From: Bacilli bacterium
GTDB lineage: Bacteria > Bacillota_I > Bacilli_A > ML615J-28 > CAG-698
DNA: 64,000 nucleotides
Assembly (NCBI GenBank): GCA_050953065.1
Contig: JBMNLZ010000001.1
Span: 279,981 to 343,980, forward strand
Reading direction: 5' to 3'
The notes beneath the pieces are model-generated. The model made no database searches and had not been told where the DNA came from. It saw only the letters and a program-made list of their open reading frames with translations. Both the position numbers and the translations under genes were made by a program. Shown here one piece after another: positions 9,619-21,191 of the stretch (positions within the stretch are counted from its first letter, which is position 1; every line of letters starts with the position of its first letter).

Positions 9619-9912
9619 TTACTCTTCTAAATCAGAATCTTCTTCATTTTCAAAAGATTCTAAAACTTCTTCAATCATTGCCCACTCTTCATCGGTAGTT
9701 ACTTCATTTAATTCACCAATTTCACCTTCTAACGGTACAAAAGAAGCTGCATAGACTTCTATTTCCTCTTCTTCTAAACTTCCAGTCGGATAAAAAAGTA
9801 CATAACTTTTTTTAAACTCCTCGCTTTCAAAAGTAAACAGTATGTCACACAAAATCTCATTTCCTTTATCATCAACATAAGTTAATTGATTTTCTTTTAA
9901 TTTATTTTCCAT
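9619..9912 (-). CDS. DUF1292 family protein (YrzB-like)
   Basis: Acidic 97-aa protein, FESEEFKKSYV, DEEWAMIEEVL; conserved position after ruvX. Confidence 0.85.
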   Translation of the reverse strand: MENKLKENQLTYVDDKGNEILCDILFTFESEEFKKSYVLFYPTGSLEEEEIEVYAASFVPLEGEIGELNEVTTDEEWAMIEEVLESFENEEDSDLEE

Positions 9913-9913
9913 T

Positions 9914-10345
9914 TTATATTCCTTTCTTAAATTTATTTGAATCTAAATATCCTTGTAAAATAATAGTCGCAGCTAATTTATCAACATTTTTTTTTCTTTT
10001 TTGTCTACTCATATCAGCACTTAACATTGTCCTATTAGCAATTACAGATGTTAATCTTTCATCAATTAAATGAACTTTTAAGTTTGTTTCTGCTTCTAGT
10101 ACTCCTTTAAACTCTAAGATATAATCACATTGAAAACCTGTTGAGCCATCCATGTTTTTTGGAAAACCCAAAACTATTTCTTTAATTTGATGTTCCTTAA
10201 TTAGTTCTTTAACAAATCCTAAGGCTTGCTTTAAATCTTTTTCATCGATTCTATAAGTTCCAATTGGATTAGCAATAACTCCTAACATATCACTAATTGC
10301 AACTCCTAAAGTTTTTGTTCCTAGATCCAATCCTAAAATTTTCAT
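9914..10345 (-). CDS. ruvX: YqgF/RuvX family nuclease
   Basis: ILGLDLGTKTLGVAISD, DERLTS, VDKLAATIILQ. Confidence 0.93.
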   Translation of the reverse strand: MKILGLDLGTKTLGVAISDMLGVIANPIGTYRIDEKDLKQALGFVKELIKEHQIKEIVLGFPKNMDGSTGFQCDYILEFKGVLEAETNLKVHLIDERLTSVIANRTMLSADMSRQKRKKNVDKLAATIILQGYLDSNKFKKGI

Positions 10346-13047
10346 ATTTTTTCCTCAATTTCTTTCTTAACTTCTTCTAATGCCTGTTTTACCATATTAA
10401 CATTTTTACCACCTGCTTGAGCAAAATCAGGACGTCCACCACCATTGCCACCACAAATAATAGCAGCTTTTTTAACAAGTAATCCTGCATTTAAAGAAGA
10501 AACTTTATTTTTGCAAATAAATATAACTTTGTCTTCTACTATACTTCCAACAAAAACAACACTTTCTTTTAAATAATCACTTAATCTATCCACTAAATCT
10601 TTTAATACTTCAATATTAACATCTTTTACATCAAAAATACATACTTTTTTATTATTTATTTCTTCTACATATTCTAAATACTTATCAATTGACTCACTAT
10701 TTTTTTCTTGTAGTGCTTTTTGATATTTTTTTGAAATCTCTTTACTCTCATCTCGTAAAGCATTCAGATAATTTCTCATAGCAATTATTCTACTATAGCT
10801 TTGTTCATCACTTTTTACTTTAGATAAATCAAATTTTAATTCAATACCATTTAATTTTGCTTCTTCAACTAAATTTTCACCTTTTTTAAGTAAATCTTCA
10901 ATTTCACTATTAATATTATAAAGTCTTTCATTCAACTCTTTTTCTATTTGGCTACTAGTAGCTGCTTCAATTCTAAATATCCCAGATCCCTTAGCTTCAA
11001 TTGAAGTAATTGCAAATCTTTCTATTTCTTTAGTATTTGAAACATGAGTCCCGCCACATAATTCTTTACTAAATACAGTATCAACTACTCTTACAATGTC
11101 ACCATACTTTTCACCAAAAACTGCTTGAACACCTTCTTTTTTCGCTGCTTCTAAAGACATTTCTTTTACTAAAACATCACTTGATTTTAAAATTTCTTTA
11201 TTAACAAGTTTTTCAACTTCAAGAATTTGATTTTCATTTGGTAATTCAAAATTATTAAAATCAAATCTTAGATTACTAGCATTAACATTTGAACCATGTT
11301 GATAAACATGTGTACCTATAATTTGTCTTAATGATTCATTTAATAAGTGGGTAGCAGTATGATTTTTAGCTATTTTTTCTCGATATTTTTTATCTATTTT
11401 TAAAATAACTTGCTGTCCAACAGTTAATACTCCATCATTAATTTCAACTAAAGATGCATGTTGCATATTAGGTAATTTTATAGTATCAGTTACTTCATAT
11501 GTATTAGTATTTGAAATTACTAGTCCTTTATCGCCAACTTGCCCACCTGATTCTGCATAAAAAACTGTTGGTGAAAATAATACCAAAGCACTTTCATCTG
11601 CTTTACTAACTGATTTTCCATTTACAAAAATAGCAACTACCTTAGATTCACATTCAAAATTATCATAACCAATAAATTCTGTTTCTTTATGAAAATTCAA
11701 AATTTCTTCATTTTGGACATTCATTGATTGATTATCACTTCTAGCCATTCTAGCTCTTTCTTTTTGTTTCTCTAATTCTTCTTTGAATCCTTTCAAATCG
11801 ACTTCAAAATTATATTCACTAGCTAACTCTACAGTTAATTCAATTGGAAAACCAAATGTATCATATAGTAAAAACGCTGTTTCTTTAGCAATAACTTTAT
11901 TTTTATCTTTTGAATGATTATTTATATATTCCAATAGTTTTTTTTCACCTAACTCAAGCGTTAATAAAAACTTTTCTTCTTCTTGTTTAATTATTTTTGT
12001 TACATTTTCTTCGTTCAAAGCTAAATCACTATAAAAAACTTTCATATTTTCAACTACAACATTAACAAGTTCATATAAAAAAGCTTTTTTAATTCCTAAA
12101 TTTTTTCCAAATCTAACCGCTCTTCTTAACAATCTTCTTAAAACATATCCACGGCCTTCATTAGAAAGAGTCGCCCCATCACTAACTGCAAAAACTACAC
12201 TTCTAACATGATCAGCTATAACCTTAAAAGCCATTTGACCTGTATATTTAACTGAAGAAATTTCTTCAGTTTTTCTAATTATTGGCATAAATAAATCTGT
12301 ATCATAATTAGTTTCTACTTCTTGTAAGACGCAAGCCATTCTTTCAAGCCCCATACCTGTATCAATATTTTTACTAGGTAATTCAGGATATTCACTTCTT
12401 TCTTTTCCAGGAATAGAATTGTATTGACTAAATACTATATTCCATATTTCAATATATCTTTCATTTTCTATATCTTTTTCAATTAACTCTTTACCTAGTT
12501 TTTCAGGATCATATTTTTCACCACGATCATAAAAAATTTCCGTACAAGGTCCACAAGGTCCTTCTCCAATTTCCCAAAAATTTTGACTTAATCTAATAAT
12601 ATGATTTGGAGAAACTCCTAATTCAACCCATCTTTCAAAAGAGGCATCATCTGTTGGATATATTGTAAAATACAATTTATTTATATCAAAAGCAAAATAT
12701 TTAGAAGATGTTAGAATTTCAATAGCAAATTCTAATGCTTCTTCTCTAAAATAATCTCCAACTGAAAAATTACCAAGCATCTCAAAAAAAGTATGATGCC
12801 TAGCCGTTTTTCCAACATTTTCAATATCATTGGTTCTAATTGATTTTTGGGCATTAACCATTCTTCTATTATTTGGAATTTCACGTCCATCAAAAAACTT
12901 TTTTAAGGGTGCAACTCCAGCATTAATCCATAATAAAGTGGGATCATTATGTGGAACTAAAGAAGCACTTGGTATTACTTCATGATTTTTACTGGCAAAA
13001 AAATCTAACCACATTTGTCTAATTTCATAACTCATTAATTTTTTCAT
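10342..13047 (-). CDS. alaS: Alanine--tRNA ligase
   Basis: RHHTFFEMLGNFS, IDTGMGLER, HTATHLL, ELCGGTH, GGGRPDFAQAGG. Confidence 0.97.
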   Translation of the reverse strand: MKKLMSYEIRQMWLDFFASKNHEVIPSASLVPHNDPTLLWINAGVAPLKKFFDGREIPNNRRMVNAQKSIRTNDIENVGKTARHHTFFEMLGNFSVGDYFREEALEFAIEILTSSKYFAFDINKLYFTIYPTDDASFERWVELGVSPNHIIRLSQNFWEIGEGPCGPCTEIFYDRGEKYDPEKLGKELIEKDIENERYIEIWNIVFSQYNSIPGKERSEYPELPSKNIDTGMGLERMACVLQEVETNYDTDLFMPIIRKTEEISSVKYTGQMAFKVIADHVRSVVFAVSDGATLSNEGRGYVLRRLLRRAVRFGKNLGIKKAFLYELVNVVVENMKVFYSDLALNEENVTKIIKQEEEKFLLTLELGEKKLLEYINNHSKDKNKVIAKETAFLLYDTFGFPIELTVELASEYNFEVDLKGFKEELEKQKERARMARSDNQSMNVQNEEILNFHKETEFIGYDNFECESKVVAIFVNGKSVSKADESALVLFSPTVFYAESGGQVGDKGLVISNTNTYEVTDTIKLPNMQHASLVEINDGVLTVGQQVILKIDKKYREKIAKNHTATHLLNESLRQIIGTHVYQHGSNVNASNLRFDFNNFELPNENQILEVEKLVNKEILKSSDVLVKEMSLEAAKKEGVQAVFGEKYGDIVRVVDTVFSKELCGGTHVSNTKEIERFAITSIEAKGSGIFRIEAATSSQIEKELNERLYNINSEIEDLLKKGENLVEEAKLNGIELKFDLSKVKSDEQSYSRIIAMRNYLNALRDESKEISKKYQKALQEKNSESIDKYLEYVEEINNKKVCIFDVKDVNIEVLKDLVDRLSDYLKESVVFVGSIVEDKVIFICKNKVSSLNAGLLVKKAAIICGGNGGGRPDFAQAGGKNVNMVKQALEEVKKEIEEKI

Positions 13048-13061
13048 GTTTTCCTCCATTT

Positions 13062-13282
13062 AAAAAATTCCTATATTAAAAAATATAGGAACGAAATTCT
13101 CGCGGTACCATCCTATTTCATAGTAAACTATGCAACTCAATTAAATTTAACGCATTTTTACGTGAATTTTTTAAAAATTCATACTCCAAAGTAGCTTTCA
13201 ATGTTATTGTTTAAGATTTTTCACCAACCAATCTCTCTCTTTTAAAAACAAATTAACATTTACTCATCTTTATCACAGTATT
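13062..13282 (-). promoter_or_regulatory. T-box riboswitch (Ala specifier GCU) with terminator
   Basis: Minus strand reads AGAGAG..GGTGAAA stem I, GAAAGCTA specifier, AATAGGATGGTACCGCG T-box, TTCCTATATT-TTTT-AATATAGGAA-TTTTT terminator. Confidence 0.92.
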
Positions 13283-13283
13283 A

Positions 13284-14942
13284 TTAAATTATATTTAAAA
13301 CCGGAATTACTATCGGTTTCTTTTTAAGTCCCGAATATATTTCTTTTGATATATCATCAGCTAATAAATTAGTTAATGATTTAATATCAATTCTTGCTTT
13401 ACGCAAATATGTTTTAATTCTTTTTTCAATAATTAAAGATATACGTGTAAATATAGTTTCAGTATCAGTTGTAATACCTCTTGAAACAATTTTTGGTTTA
13501 GATATTAATTCTCTACTCAAATCATCAACTACAATCGTAACTATAATAACTCCATTTTGAGATAATAATTCTCTATCTCTAATAACAACTTCATTTATAT
13601 CGCCAATTATAGAACCATCAATAAGTACATCACCAACTGAAATTTGTTGTTTTGTAGGTTGTAAATTTCCATTTTGGAAAGTTATTAATTCACCATTTTC
13701 TAAAATTAATACTTTATTTTCATTGTATCCAACTTCTAAAGCTATATTTTTTTGAACATATTGATGACGAAATTCTCCTACAATCGGAATTATATATTTC
13801 GGATTAAGCATACCATATAACAATTTTAAATCTTCACTATCAGCATGAGAACTTTTTAGCATTTGTTTTTTAATGATTGTTACATGTTTACTTTTTTGGC
13901 TCAATAAATCAACAGCTTTACTCGCTAATTTTTCAGTTCCAGGAACTACTTTGTTCATTATAACAACAGTATCTTCTTGATTAATTTTAATTAGTCTATC
14001 ATATCCTTTACACATTCTTTGAAGCATATAAAAAGGTTCATGTCTAATCCCTGTTACTATAACTACCAAATCATCAAAATCATTTTGATTTTTATCAGTA
14101 ATATATTTTAAATTGATTAATTTATCTTCTGGAATTTTTAAATAATCGTTATTCATTGCTATATTAATATGTTTTTGAACTTTTCTACCTATAATGGCAA
14201 CTCTACGATTATTTTTAACACTAATATCAATTATCTTTTGAATTCTATCCAAATCACTAGAAAAGGCTGAAAAAATCACCCTTTTTGATTTTTTTAAGAT
14301 TTCAGAAACTGTATGCAGTAATGGATAATCATTATGAACTCTATCAATATTATTAACACCTAAACTACCAGCACACAAAACTAAAACATCATCGTTTGCT
14401 ATCTCAGTTATTTTATGCATAGAAGTTCTATATCTTTTATCTTGGTGTGCATCAAAGTTAAAATTAGGCACATAAACTAATGATCCATCTTGCGTTTTAA
14501 TGTTAATACCAACACATTCAGGAATACTATGACTAACATTAAAAAATGAAACTATAATAGAACCAAATTTTAATTCTTTATCTTCATTAATCCTATATAA
14601 TCTAAATTTTGAAATATCCATTTGGGCTTCAGTTAACAAATCCTCTAATACACACATTGTAAAATGTGTAGCAAATACTCCAACATCTAGAGTCTTTAAA
14701 AGTTCAGGAATTGCTCCAACATGATCATCATGTCCATGAGTTAAAAAAATTCCTTGAACTCTTTCTTTGTTTTCAATTAAATAGGTAATATTTGGTATAA
14801 CAGCATCTATGCCTAATAATTCTACACTCGGATACTTTAAGCCGCCATCTAAAACAAATATCTTATCATCAATTTCAACAAGATACATATTTTTGCCGTT
14901 TTCTCCTAGTCCTCCTAAAGCTCCAAATTTAATACTACTCAT
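13284..14942 (-). CDS. rnj: Ribonuclease J family (J2-like, partly degenerate)
   Basis: ALGGLGENGKN, THGHDDHVG, SHSIPE, DG..IGD..V.RDR..LS..G. Confidence 0.9.
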   Translation of the reverse strand: MSSIKFGALGGLGENGKNMYLVEIDDKIFVLDGGLKYPSVELLGIDAVIPNITYLIENKERVQGIFLTHGHDDHVGAIPELLKTLDVGVFATHFTMCVLEDLLTEAQMDISKFRLYRINEDKELKFGSIIVSFFNVSHSIPECVGINIKTQDGSLVYVPNFNFDAHQDKRYRTSMHKITEIANDDVLVLCAGSLGVNNIDRVHNDYPLLHTVSEILKKSKRVIFSAFSSDLDRIQKIIDISVKNNRRVAIIGRKVQKHINIAMNNDYLKIPEDKLINLKYITDKNQNDFDDLVVIVTGIRHEPFYMLQRMCKGYDRLIKINQEDTVVIMNKVVPGTEKLASKAVDLLSQKSKHVTIIKKQMLKSSHADSEDLKLLYGMLNPKYIIPIVGEFRHQYVQKNIALEVGYNENKVLILENGELITFQNGNLQPTKQQISVGDVLIDGSIIGDINEVVIRDRELLSQNGVIIVTIVVDDLSRELISKPKIVSRGITTDTETIFTRISLIIEKRIKTYLRKARIDIKSLTNLLADDISKEIYSGLKKKPIVIPVLNII

Positions 14943-14993
14943 ATACAAACCACCTTGTCTATTATACCATATTATTTATTCTTAACAACTAAT

Positions 14994-15710
14994 TTATTCC
15001 TCATCTTCTACATTATGATAGACATTTTGAACATCTTCTGATTCTTCAAGCATTTCAATTAATCTATCAAATTTTTCACGATTCTCTTCATCTAATTTTA
15101 CATAAGTACTAGGTAGTTTTGTTATTTCACAAGTAAGGAAATCCTCAACACCTAAATCTTGAAAAACTTTTTGCACATTATTAAAATCTTTTGGATCTGC
15201 ATAAACAAAAACACCTTCATCAGTGGTTTCAATATCTTGAACATCACAGTCATTTTCTAACAAAGCATCTAAAACTTGCTCTTCTTCTAAGTTTTCAGCT
15301 CCTATAATTGCAACAGTATCAAACATATATGAGACACAACCGTTGACACCAAGTGAACCTCCGTTTTTAGTAAAAGCTGCTCTAACCTCGCTTGCAGTTC
15401 TATTTAAATTATTTGTTAAGCATTCTACCATAACTGCTGAACCTTGCACTCCATACCCCTCATATGTAATTTCACTATATTCTTCGCCTTTTCCACCTTT
15501 AGCTTTTTCAATTGCTCTATCTATAATTTCTTTAGGTACTTTATAAGTTTTAGATTTATCAATTATCATTTGTAAGTTTCTATTAATACTTGGATCTGGT
15601 TCTGGCTTCGCAGCAACATATATTTCAAGACCAAATTTAGCTAGTATTTTACTTCTATTTGCATCTTTTGCAGCCTTTTGATATTTTATATTATTCCATT
15701 TTCTTCCCAT
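14994..15710 (-). CDS. YebC/PmpR family protein
   Basis: MGRKWNNIK, YEGYG, TNNLNRT, DVQNVYHN. Confidence 0.93.
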   Translation of the reverse strand: MGRKWNNIKYQKAAKDANRSKILAKFGLEIYVAAKPEPDPSINRNLQMIIDKSKTYKVPKEIIDRAIEKAKGGKGEEYSEITYEGYGVQGSAVMVECLTNNLNRTASEVRAAFTKNGGSLGVNGCVSYMFDTVAIIGAENLEEEQVLDALLENDCDVQDIETTDEGVFVYADPKDFNNVQKVFQDLGVEDFLTCEITKLPSTYVKLDEENREKFDRLIEMLEESEDVQNVYHNVEDEE

Positions 15711-15725
15711 ATGTAACCTCACATT

Positions 15726-16877
15726 TTAATTATTTTTAAAAAGTTTTTTTAATTCTTCTACTTTATCTAATTTTTCCCATGACACATCTAAATCTATTCT
15801 TCCCATATGCCCATATGCAGCCAATTTCTTATAAATTGGTTTTCTTAAATTTAGATATTCAATAATGCCTTTTGGAGTTAATGGAAAAACTTTCTTTACT
15901 ACTTTTATAATTTCATCTTCAGAAATTTTAGAAGTACCATAAGTATTTAAATAAATTGAAGTTGGTTCACTGACTCCTATTACATAACTTAAACCTATTT
16001 CAGCTTTTTTGCAAATTCCTGTTGCTACAATATTTTTTGCAATATATCTAGCCATATAGGCAGCACTTCTATCTACTTTTGAAGGATCTTTTCCAGAAAA
16101 AGCTCCGCCTCCATGATGAGCAAATCCACCATAAGTATCAACAATTATTTTTCTACCAGTTAATCCTGAATCAGCCTTTGGTCCACCCAAAACAAATCTA
16201 CCTGTTTCATTAATAAACATTTTTGTTTTTGTATCAACTAGATTTTTTGGTAAAACTTTATCAATAACTTCTTTTTTTACAAAACTTTTTAGCTCTTCAT
16301 TACTTACATCTGCACTATGTTGTGTAGAAACAACAACATTATCAATTCTAATTGCCTCTTTCTTTTCATTATATTCAACAGTAACTTGCGATTTACCATC
16401 TGGTCTTAAAAAATCAACAAGTTTCTCTTTTCTAACTTGAGCAAGTCTTTTTGCTAGTTTATGTGATAAAACTAGTGGTAAAGGCATATATTCTTCTGTT
16501 TCATTAGTAGCATATCCAAACATTAACCCTTGATCTCCAGCACCTTGGTCATCTTTAACTCCCATTGCGATATCAGGTGATTGCTCATCAATGCTAACTA
16601 AAACAGCTAAATCGTCCCCATTAAATCCAAACTCTGGATTATCATATCCGATTTCTTTAACTGTATCTCTTACAATTTTTTGAATATCTACATAAGTTGA
16701 AGTAGTAATTTCCCCCATTACTAAAACTAAACCTGTAGTAGCACAAACCTCGCATGCCACATGTGCATTAGGATCTTGTTCAATAATATAATCTAAAATG
16801 CTATCAGCAATTTGGTCACACACCTTATCAGGATGACCTTCAGTAACAGATTCAGAAGTATATAATTTATTACTCAT
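15726..16877 (-). CDS. metK: S-adenosylmethionine synthetase
   Basis: [26 protein letters not shown]. Confidence 0.97.
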   Translation of the reverse strand: MSNKLYTSESVTEGHPDKVCDQIADSILDYIIEQDPNAHVACEVCATTGLVLVMGEITTSTYVDIQKIVRDTVKEIGYDNPEFGFNGDDLAVLVSIDEQSPDIAMGVKDDQGAGDQGLMFGYATNETEEYMPLPLVLSHKLAKRLAQVRKEKLVDFLRPDGKSQVTVEYNEKKEAIRIDNVVVSTQHSADVSNEELKSFVKKEVIDKVLPKNLVDTKTKMFINETGRFVLGGPKADSGLTGRKIIVDTYGGFAHHGGGAFSGKDPSKVDRSAAYMARYIAKNIVATGICKKAEIGLSYVIGVSEPTSIYLNTYGTSKISEDEIIKVVKKVFPLTPKGIIEYLNLRKPIYKKLAAYGHMGRIDLDVSWEKLDKVEELKKLFKNN

Positions 16878-16879
16878 AT

Positions 16880-18448
16880 CTATCTCCTCTTTCTTGTTTT
16901 AGCTTCTTCAATAGTTACAAACCTTCCCTTATAAGGGGTTGTAGAAAAACCACGTAAAACTTTATCAGCATTATCTGATGGTGTATCAAAAAAACTAAAA
17001 TTATCTTGTAAACAAACATCATTTATTTCATTTTTAGGTAATTTAGTTACTTTAGAAATATATTCTATTAAATCTTTTTTACTAAATCTATCCTTTTTCC
17101 CTAAACCAAGAAAAAATCTTGTACTTTTATTTAAAGATGATTTAGAAGTTTTTTCAACTTCTTCTTCAACATCAGTTAATTGCATTAAAATTAAACCTTT
17201 TATTAATTCAAAAACATTATCTGGTTCAATTTGATTAATTATTTTTTCTACATAAAGGGAATTCTTATTATATGTATTTTTTTCTAAAGCTTTTTCAATT
17301 AATTTATTTACCCTAACATTAATTACACTCTCAATGCTTGGAACTTCCATTTTTTGTATTTCAGTTTTTGAAAAGGCTAAAATACTTTTCATTAAATACT
17401 TTTCATCTCTTTTAACCAACATAATAGCAAGGCCTGACTTTTTAGCTCTTCCAGTTCTTCCTATTCTATGTACATAATATTCTGGATCAGTTGGTACATC
17501 ATAATTAAATACAACATCTACATCATCAATATCTAAACCTCTTGCAGCTACATCAGATGCTACCAAAATATTAACAAGTCCTTTTCTAAAGCGATGCATA
17601 ACTCTATCTCTTTGCATCTGTTTCATATCACCATGCAAAGAATCTACTAGGTACCCTCTAAATTGCAATTTAGATGATACTTCATCTACATCTTTTTTTG
17701 TATTACAAAAAACCATAACTAACTTATAATCATTAATATCAATAATTCTTGAAATTACTTCTATTTTATCTTTTTCACTGACTTCTATATACCTTTGTTT
17801 AATTGTTGGAACAGTTAAATCAGATTTACTAATTCTAATAGAAAAAGGATTTTTTAAAATTGTTTTTGCAATATTTTCTATTTCTTTAGAAATTGTAGCA
17901 GAAAAAAGCATTTTTTGTTCTACATTATGCATTTCTTCAAAAATCAATTCTAAATCTTCTTTAAATCCCATATTTAACATTTCATCAGCTTCATCTAAAA
18001 CAAGAATTTTAACCTTACCAAGTTTAATTGTTCTTCTTCTTAAATGATCTAACAGTCTACCAGGAGTAGCAACAATTATCCTTGGTTTTTTCTTTAGATT
18101 TTTTATTTGTATATCAATAAGTTCGCCACCATAAATTGCTAGTGCAGTATATGTTTTAAAGAAAAGCGCTATTTCGTTTATTTCTCCTGCAACTTGCACT
18201 GCTAATTCCCTTGTTGGAACCAAAACAATACTTTGAATATCATAATTATCAAAATCTATTTTTTGTAAAATAGGAATTGCAAAAGCACATGTTTTCCCAG
18301 TTCCTGTTGGTGATTGGATAATTAAATCTCTATTATTAATAGCTAAAGGAATAACTTCTTCTTGAACTTCAGTCATTTCAAGAAAACCTTTCTTTTCTAT
18401 TCCTTTTAAAATTTCAGTTTTTATTGTTAAATTATTAAATATTTCCAT
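16880..18448 (-). CDS. DEAD-box RNA helicase with DbpA-type C-terminal domain
   Basis: [27 protein letters not shown]. Confidence 0.95.
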   Translation of the reverse strand: MEIFNNLTIKTEILKGIEKKGFLEMTEVQEEVIPLAINNRDLIIQSPTGTGKTCAFAIPILQKIDFDNYDIQSIVLVPTRELAVQVAGEINEIALFFKTYTALAIYGGELIDIQIKNLKKKPRIIVATPGRLLDHLRRRTIKLGKVKILVLDEADEMLNMGFKEDLELIFEEMHNVEQKMLFSATISKEIENIAKTILKNPFSIRISKSDLTVPTIKQRYIEVSEKDKIEVISRIIDINDYKLVMVFCNTKKDVDEVSSKLQFRGYLVDSLHGDMKQMQRDRVMHRFRKGLVNILVASDVAARGLDIDDVDVVFNYDVPTDPEYYVHRIGRTGRAKKSGLAIMLVKRDEKYLMKSILAFSKTEIQKMEVPSIESVINVRVNKLIEKALEKNTYNKNSLYVEKIINQIEPDNVFELIKGLILMQLTDVEEEVEKTSKSSLNKSTRFFLGLGKKDRFSKKDLIEYISKVTKLPKNEINDVCLQDNFSFFDTPSDNADKVLRGFSTTPYKGRFVTIEEAKTRKRR

Positions 18449-18468
18449 TTTGTCTCATTTCTATTTTT

Positions 18469-19809
18469 TTATTTTCCAGATACTTGCAAAGATTTAAACT
18501 TTATTGAAGGGGCACCAAAACTATTGTAAGAAAACTTTAAATCATTGGCTACATCTAAGTCATTTTTTATTATCTTGAAAAAATTACCTGAGACAACAAT
18601 CAAATTCACTGGTTTTTTTATTTCTCCATCAACAATATGAAAACCAGAAGACTGCAAACTAAAATCTCCTGAAACACAGTTAACACCAGCATGTAAACCA
18701 GCTATTTTTGTAATCAGTAAACCATTTTTTGTTTCTTTGATTATTTGATCTAAACTTTTTTCTCCAGGTCCAATAAACAAATTATAATTTCCAATACCAA
18801 TACCACTACCTTTTTTAACACCATTTCCAGTAGATTTAGTCTTAAAATACTTAGCTGACTTTAAATTATGTAACAATGTCAATAATTTACCATTCTCAAT
18901 AATGCTTTTTTTATAAGTAGCTACTCCTTCATCATCAAATGAATCATTGAATATTGCATTTTTATGAAAAGGGTCTTCAATTATATTAACCTTTTCATTT
19001 GCAATAACTTGGCCTATTTTATCACTTAGTTGAGTCGCTTTTTCCATAGCTTCTTCTCCAGAAAAAACAGGAGAAAAAGCTGCAAGCAAATCAATCATTG
19101 TTTTGTTTTCAAAAATTACATCATAATCGTTAGAATCAACAGGTAACGCACTTAACATCGCAACTGCTCTATCTACAACATTCTTGCTTAATTTTTCAAT
19201 ATCAAACTTTGAAAAATCTTTTTGAACATCAATATCAAAATAACTTTGCGTTTGCTTATCTTCCTTTGCCACCACTTGTACAGCTAGGCCAGCAAATTCA
19301 TATTTTTTGTTTAAATTTAAGCCTTTAGAATTAACAATTGAAATTTCCACTTGAGCCTCATCATAACTACAATGTGGTATATGTATTATTCTTTCATCTA
19401 ATTTTTTTATTTTTTTTTCTAAAGCTAATAAAATATTAATTTTTTCTTCAGTAGAAATGTTATCAAAAACACCATAACTATCTATAACTTTATTGTATTC
19501 ACTACTTCCTTCAAATATTTCTGATTCTTTTTTAGTTGTTAAAGATGAAGCATTATCTTTTAATTGCTTAATGATTTGTTTAGGCGATTGATTCATTTTT
19601 TCGCAATTTAAATATGCCATTTTACCATTAAATATACCTCTAATTGTATAATTAGATAAATTGCTTACTTCATTTTTTTCTACTTCTTCTTGGAAAACAA
19701 GAATATTCATTTTTTTAGATATGGAAGAATATATTTCTAAATCACTAAAACCTTGTTTTAGTCCTTCTTTTATTAATTTATCATATTTCATTTTAACTAC
19801 CTCTGCCAC
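18469..19809 (-). CDS. pmbA: TldE/PmbA family protein
   Basis: FDDEG, GLHAGVNCVSGDFS; no HExxH; overlaps the tldD stop. Confidence 0.88.
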   Translation of the reverse strand: MAEVVKMKYDKLIKEGLKQGFSDLEIYSSISKKMNILVFQEEVEKNEVSNLSNYTIRGIFNGKMAYLNCEKMNQSPKQIIKQLKDNASSLTTKKESEIFEGSSEYNKVIDSYGVFDNISTEEKINILLALEKKIKKLDERIIHIPHCSYDEAQVEISIVNSKGLNLNKKYEFAGLAVQVVAKEDKQTQSYFDIDVQKDFSKFDIEKLSKNVVDRAVAMLSALPVDSNDYDVIFENKTMIDLLAAFSPVFSGEEAMEKATQLSDKIGQVIANEKVNIIEDPFHKNAIFNDSFDDEGVATYKKSIIENGKLLTLLHNLKSAKYFKTKSTGNGVKKGSGIGIGNYNLFIGPGEKSLDQIIKETKNGLLITKIAGLHAGVNCVSGDFSLQSSGFHIVDGEIKKPVNLIVVSGNFFKIIKNDLDVANDLKFSYNSFGAPSIKFKSLQVSGK

Positions 19810-21178
19810 CTACTGTCATATCTCTAACACGAATAGTAGGCTGGCCAACACAAACTGGTATATTCCCACTACTTGCACCACAAATTCCATACCCAAATTC
19901 TAAGTTATCAGCAATCATATCAATGTTAAGTAACACACTTTTTCCACTTCCGACTAAAGTTGCTCCTCTTACAGGTTTTGTTATTTTACCATTTTCAATA
20001 ATATAACCTTCACTAACGCTAAAGTTAAACTCTCCAGTTGAAGGATCTACACTACCGCCTCCCATAGTTTTCGCAAAAAAGCCATTTTTTGTTTTTGATA
20101 TTATTTCTTCAAATGTATTTTTTCCAGGCATAAAAAATGTATTAGTCATTCTTGCAGTTGGCAAATATTTATATGAAGCACGTCTTCCAGACCCAGTAAT
20201 TTGATGATTCATTTTAGCACTATTTTTATAATCTACTAAATAGCTTTTTAAAATTCCGTTTTCAATTAAAACAGTTCTTTTAGCTTTAGCACCCTCATCA
20301 TCAATATTATTAGAACCCCATTGGTTAACTATAGTCCCATCATCAACTGCAGTAACAATATCGCTAGCTATTTTTTCACCTATCATATTGGAAAAAACAG
20401 AAGCATTTTTTGAAACAAGTTCTGCTTCTAAAGAATGAACACAAGCTTCGTGCAATAAAACGCCTCCAAAAGCATTATGAATAACAACATCCATCACTCC
20501 ACCTTTAATTTCATCTGCATGTAGAATTGTTATTACACTTTCAGCGACTTTTCTACCTAAGGCTTCCAAATCCTCATTTTTAAATATTTCATACCCACAT
20601 GCTCCTGCAATAGAATCACCAGCAATTTGCATCGTTTCTTCATTAGAAGCAATAGCTGTACAAAAAATTCTTGCTAAAACTCTTTCATCTTTAATATATT
20701 TTCCGTTTGTATTAGCAATCGTAACACCTTGAACTTTATCAAAAAGTTTAATAGAAACTTTTGAAATTTCTTCACTGTAATTTTTACAAGCATCATGTGT
20801 TTGTTGCATATAAGATATTTTTTTAGAAATATCTATTTTATCAGGAAACATTATTGTTTTATGAATATTTTCATTTTTTTCTAAAACCAATTTTACTTTT
20901 TCAATATTTTCCTTTTTTTCTAAACTTGTTGTTATTTTTTCAATAAGGTTAACTAAATTATTATAAGATATATCATTAGTATATCCATAATATTCACTTT
21001 CCCCTTTAATTACTCTAATGCCTACACCATAAACATAACTAGTGACAATGTTTTCGACTTCTCCACAAATAAATTCATAGTTGTTAGATTTAGTATCTTC
21101 TAAAAAAAATTCAGCAAAATCGCAGCCTTTTTTTATACATAAATTTAGAAGTTTATTCAATTTTGCTTTTGAAATCAT
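19793..21178 (-). CDS. tldD: TldD metalloprotease
   Basis: LHEACVHSLE, DDEG, RMTNT, CG, GQP motifs. Confidence 0.92.
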   Translation of the reverse strand: MISKAKLNKLLNLCIKKGCDFAEFFLEDTKSNNYEFICGEVENIVTSYVYGVGIRVIKGESEYYGYTNDISYNNLVNLIEKITTSLEKKENIEKVKLVLEKNENIHKTIMFPDKIDISKKISYMQQTHDACKNYSEEISKVSIKLFDKVQGVTIANTNGKYIKDERVLARIFCTAIASNEETMQIAGDSIAGACGYEIFKNEDLEALGRKVAESVITILHADEIKGGVMDVVIHNAFGGVLLHEACVHSLEAELVSKNASVFSNMIGEKIASDIVTAVDDGTIVNQWGSNNIDDEGAKAKRTVLIENGILKSYLVDYKNSAKMNHQITGSGRRASYKYLPTARMTNTFFMPGKNTFEEIISKTKNGFFAKTMGGGSVDPSTGEFNFSVSEGYIIENGKITKPVRGATLVGSGKSVLLNIDMIADNLEFGYGICGASSGNIPVCVGQPTIRVRDMTVGGRGS

Positions 21179-21191
21179 AAATTGCCTCCAA

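Noticed and set aside
16878-16900. SAM riboswitch before metK
   Set aside because: metK starts 2 nt after the helicase stop, so there is no leader.
18469-21178. TldD/PmbA (and the M16 pair at 47945-50486) as dedicated peptidases of the RiPP-like cassette
   Set aside because: Both pairs are widespread and sit in housekeeping operons far from the cassette; nothing in the sequence links them.
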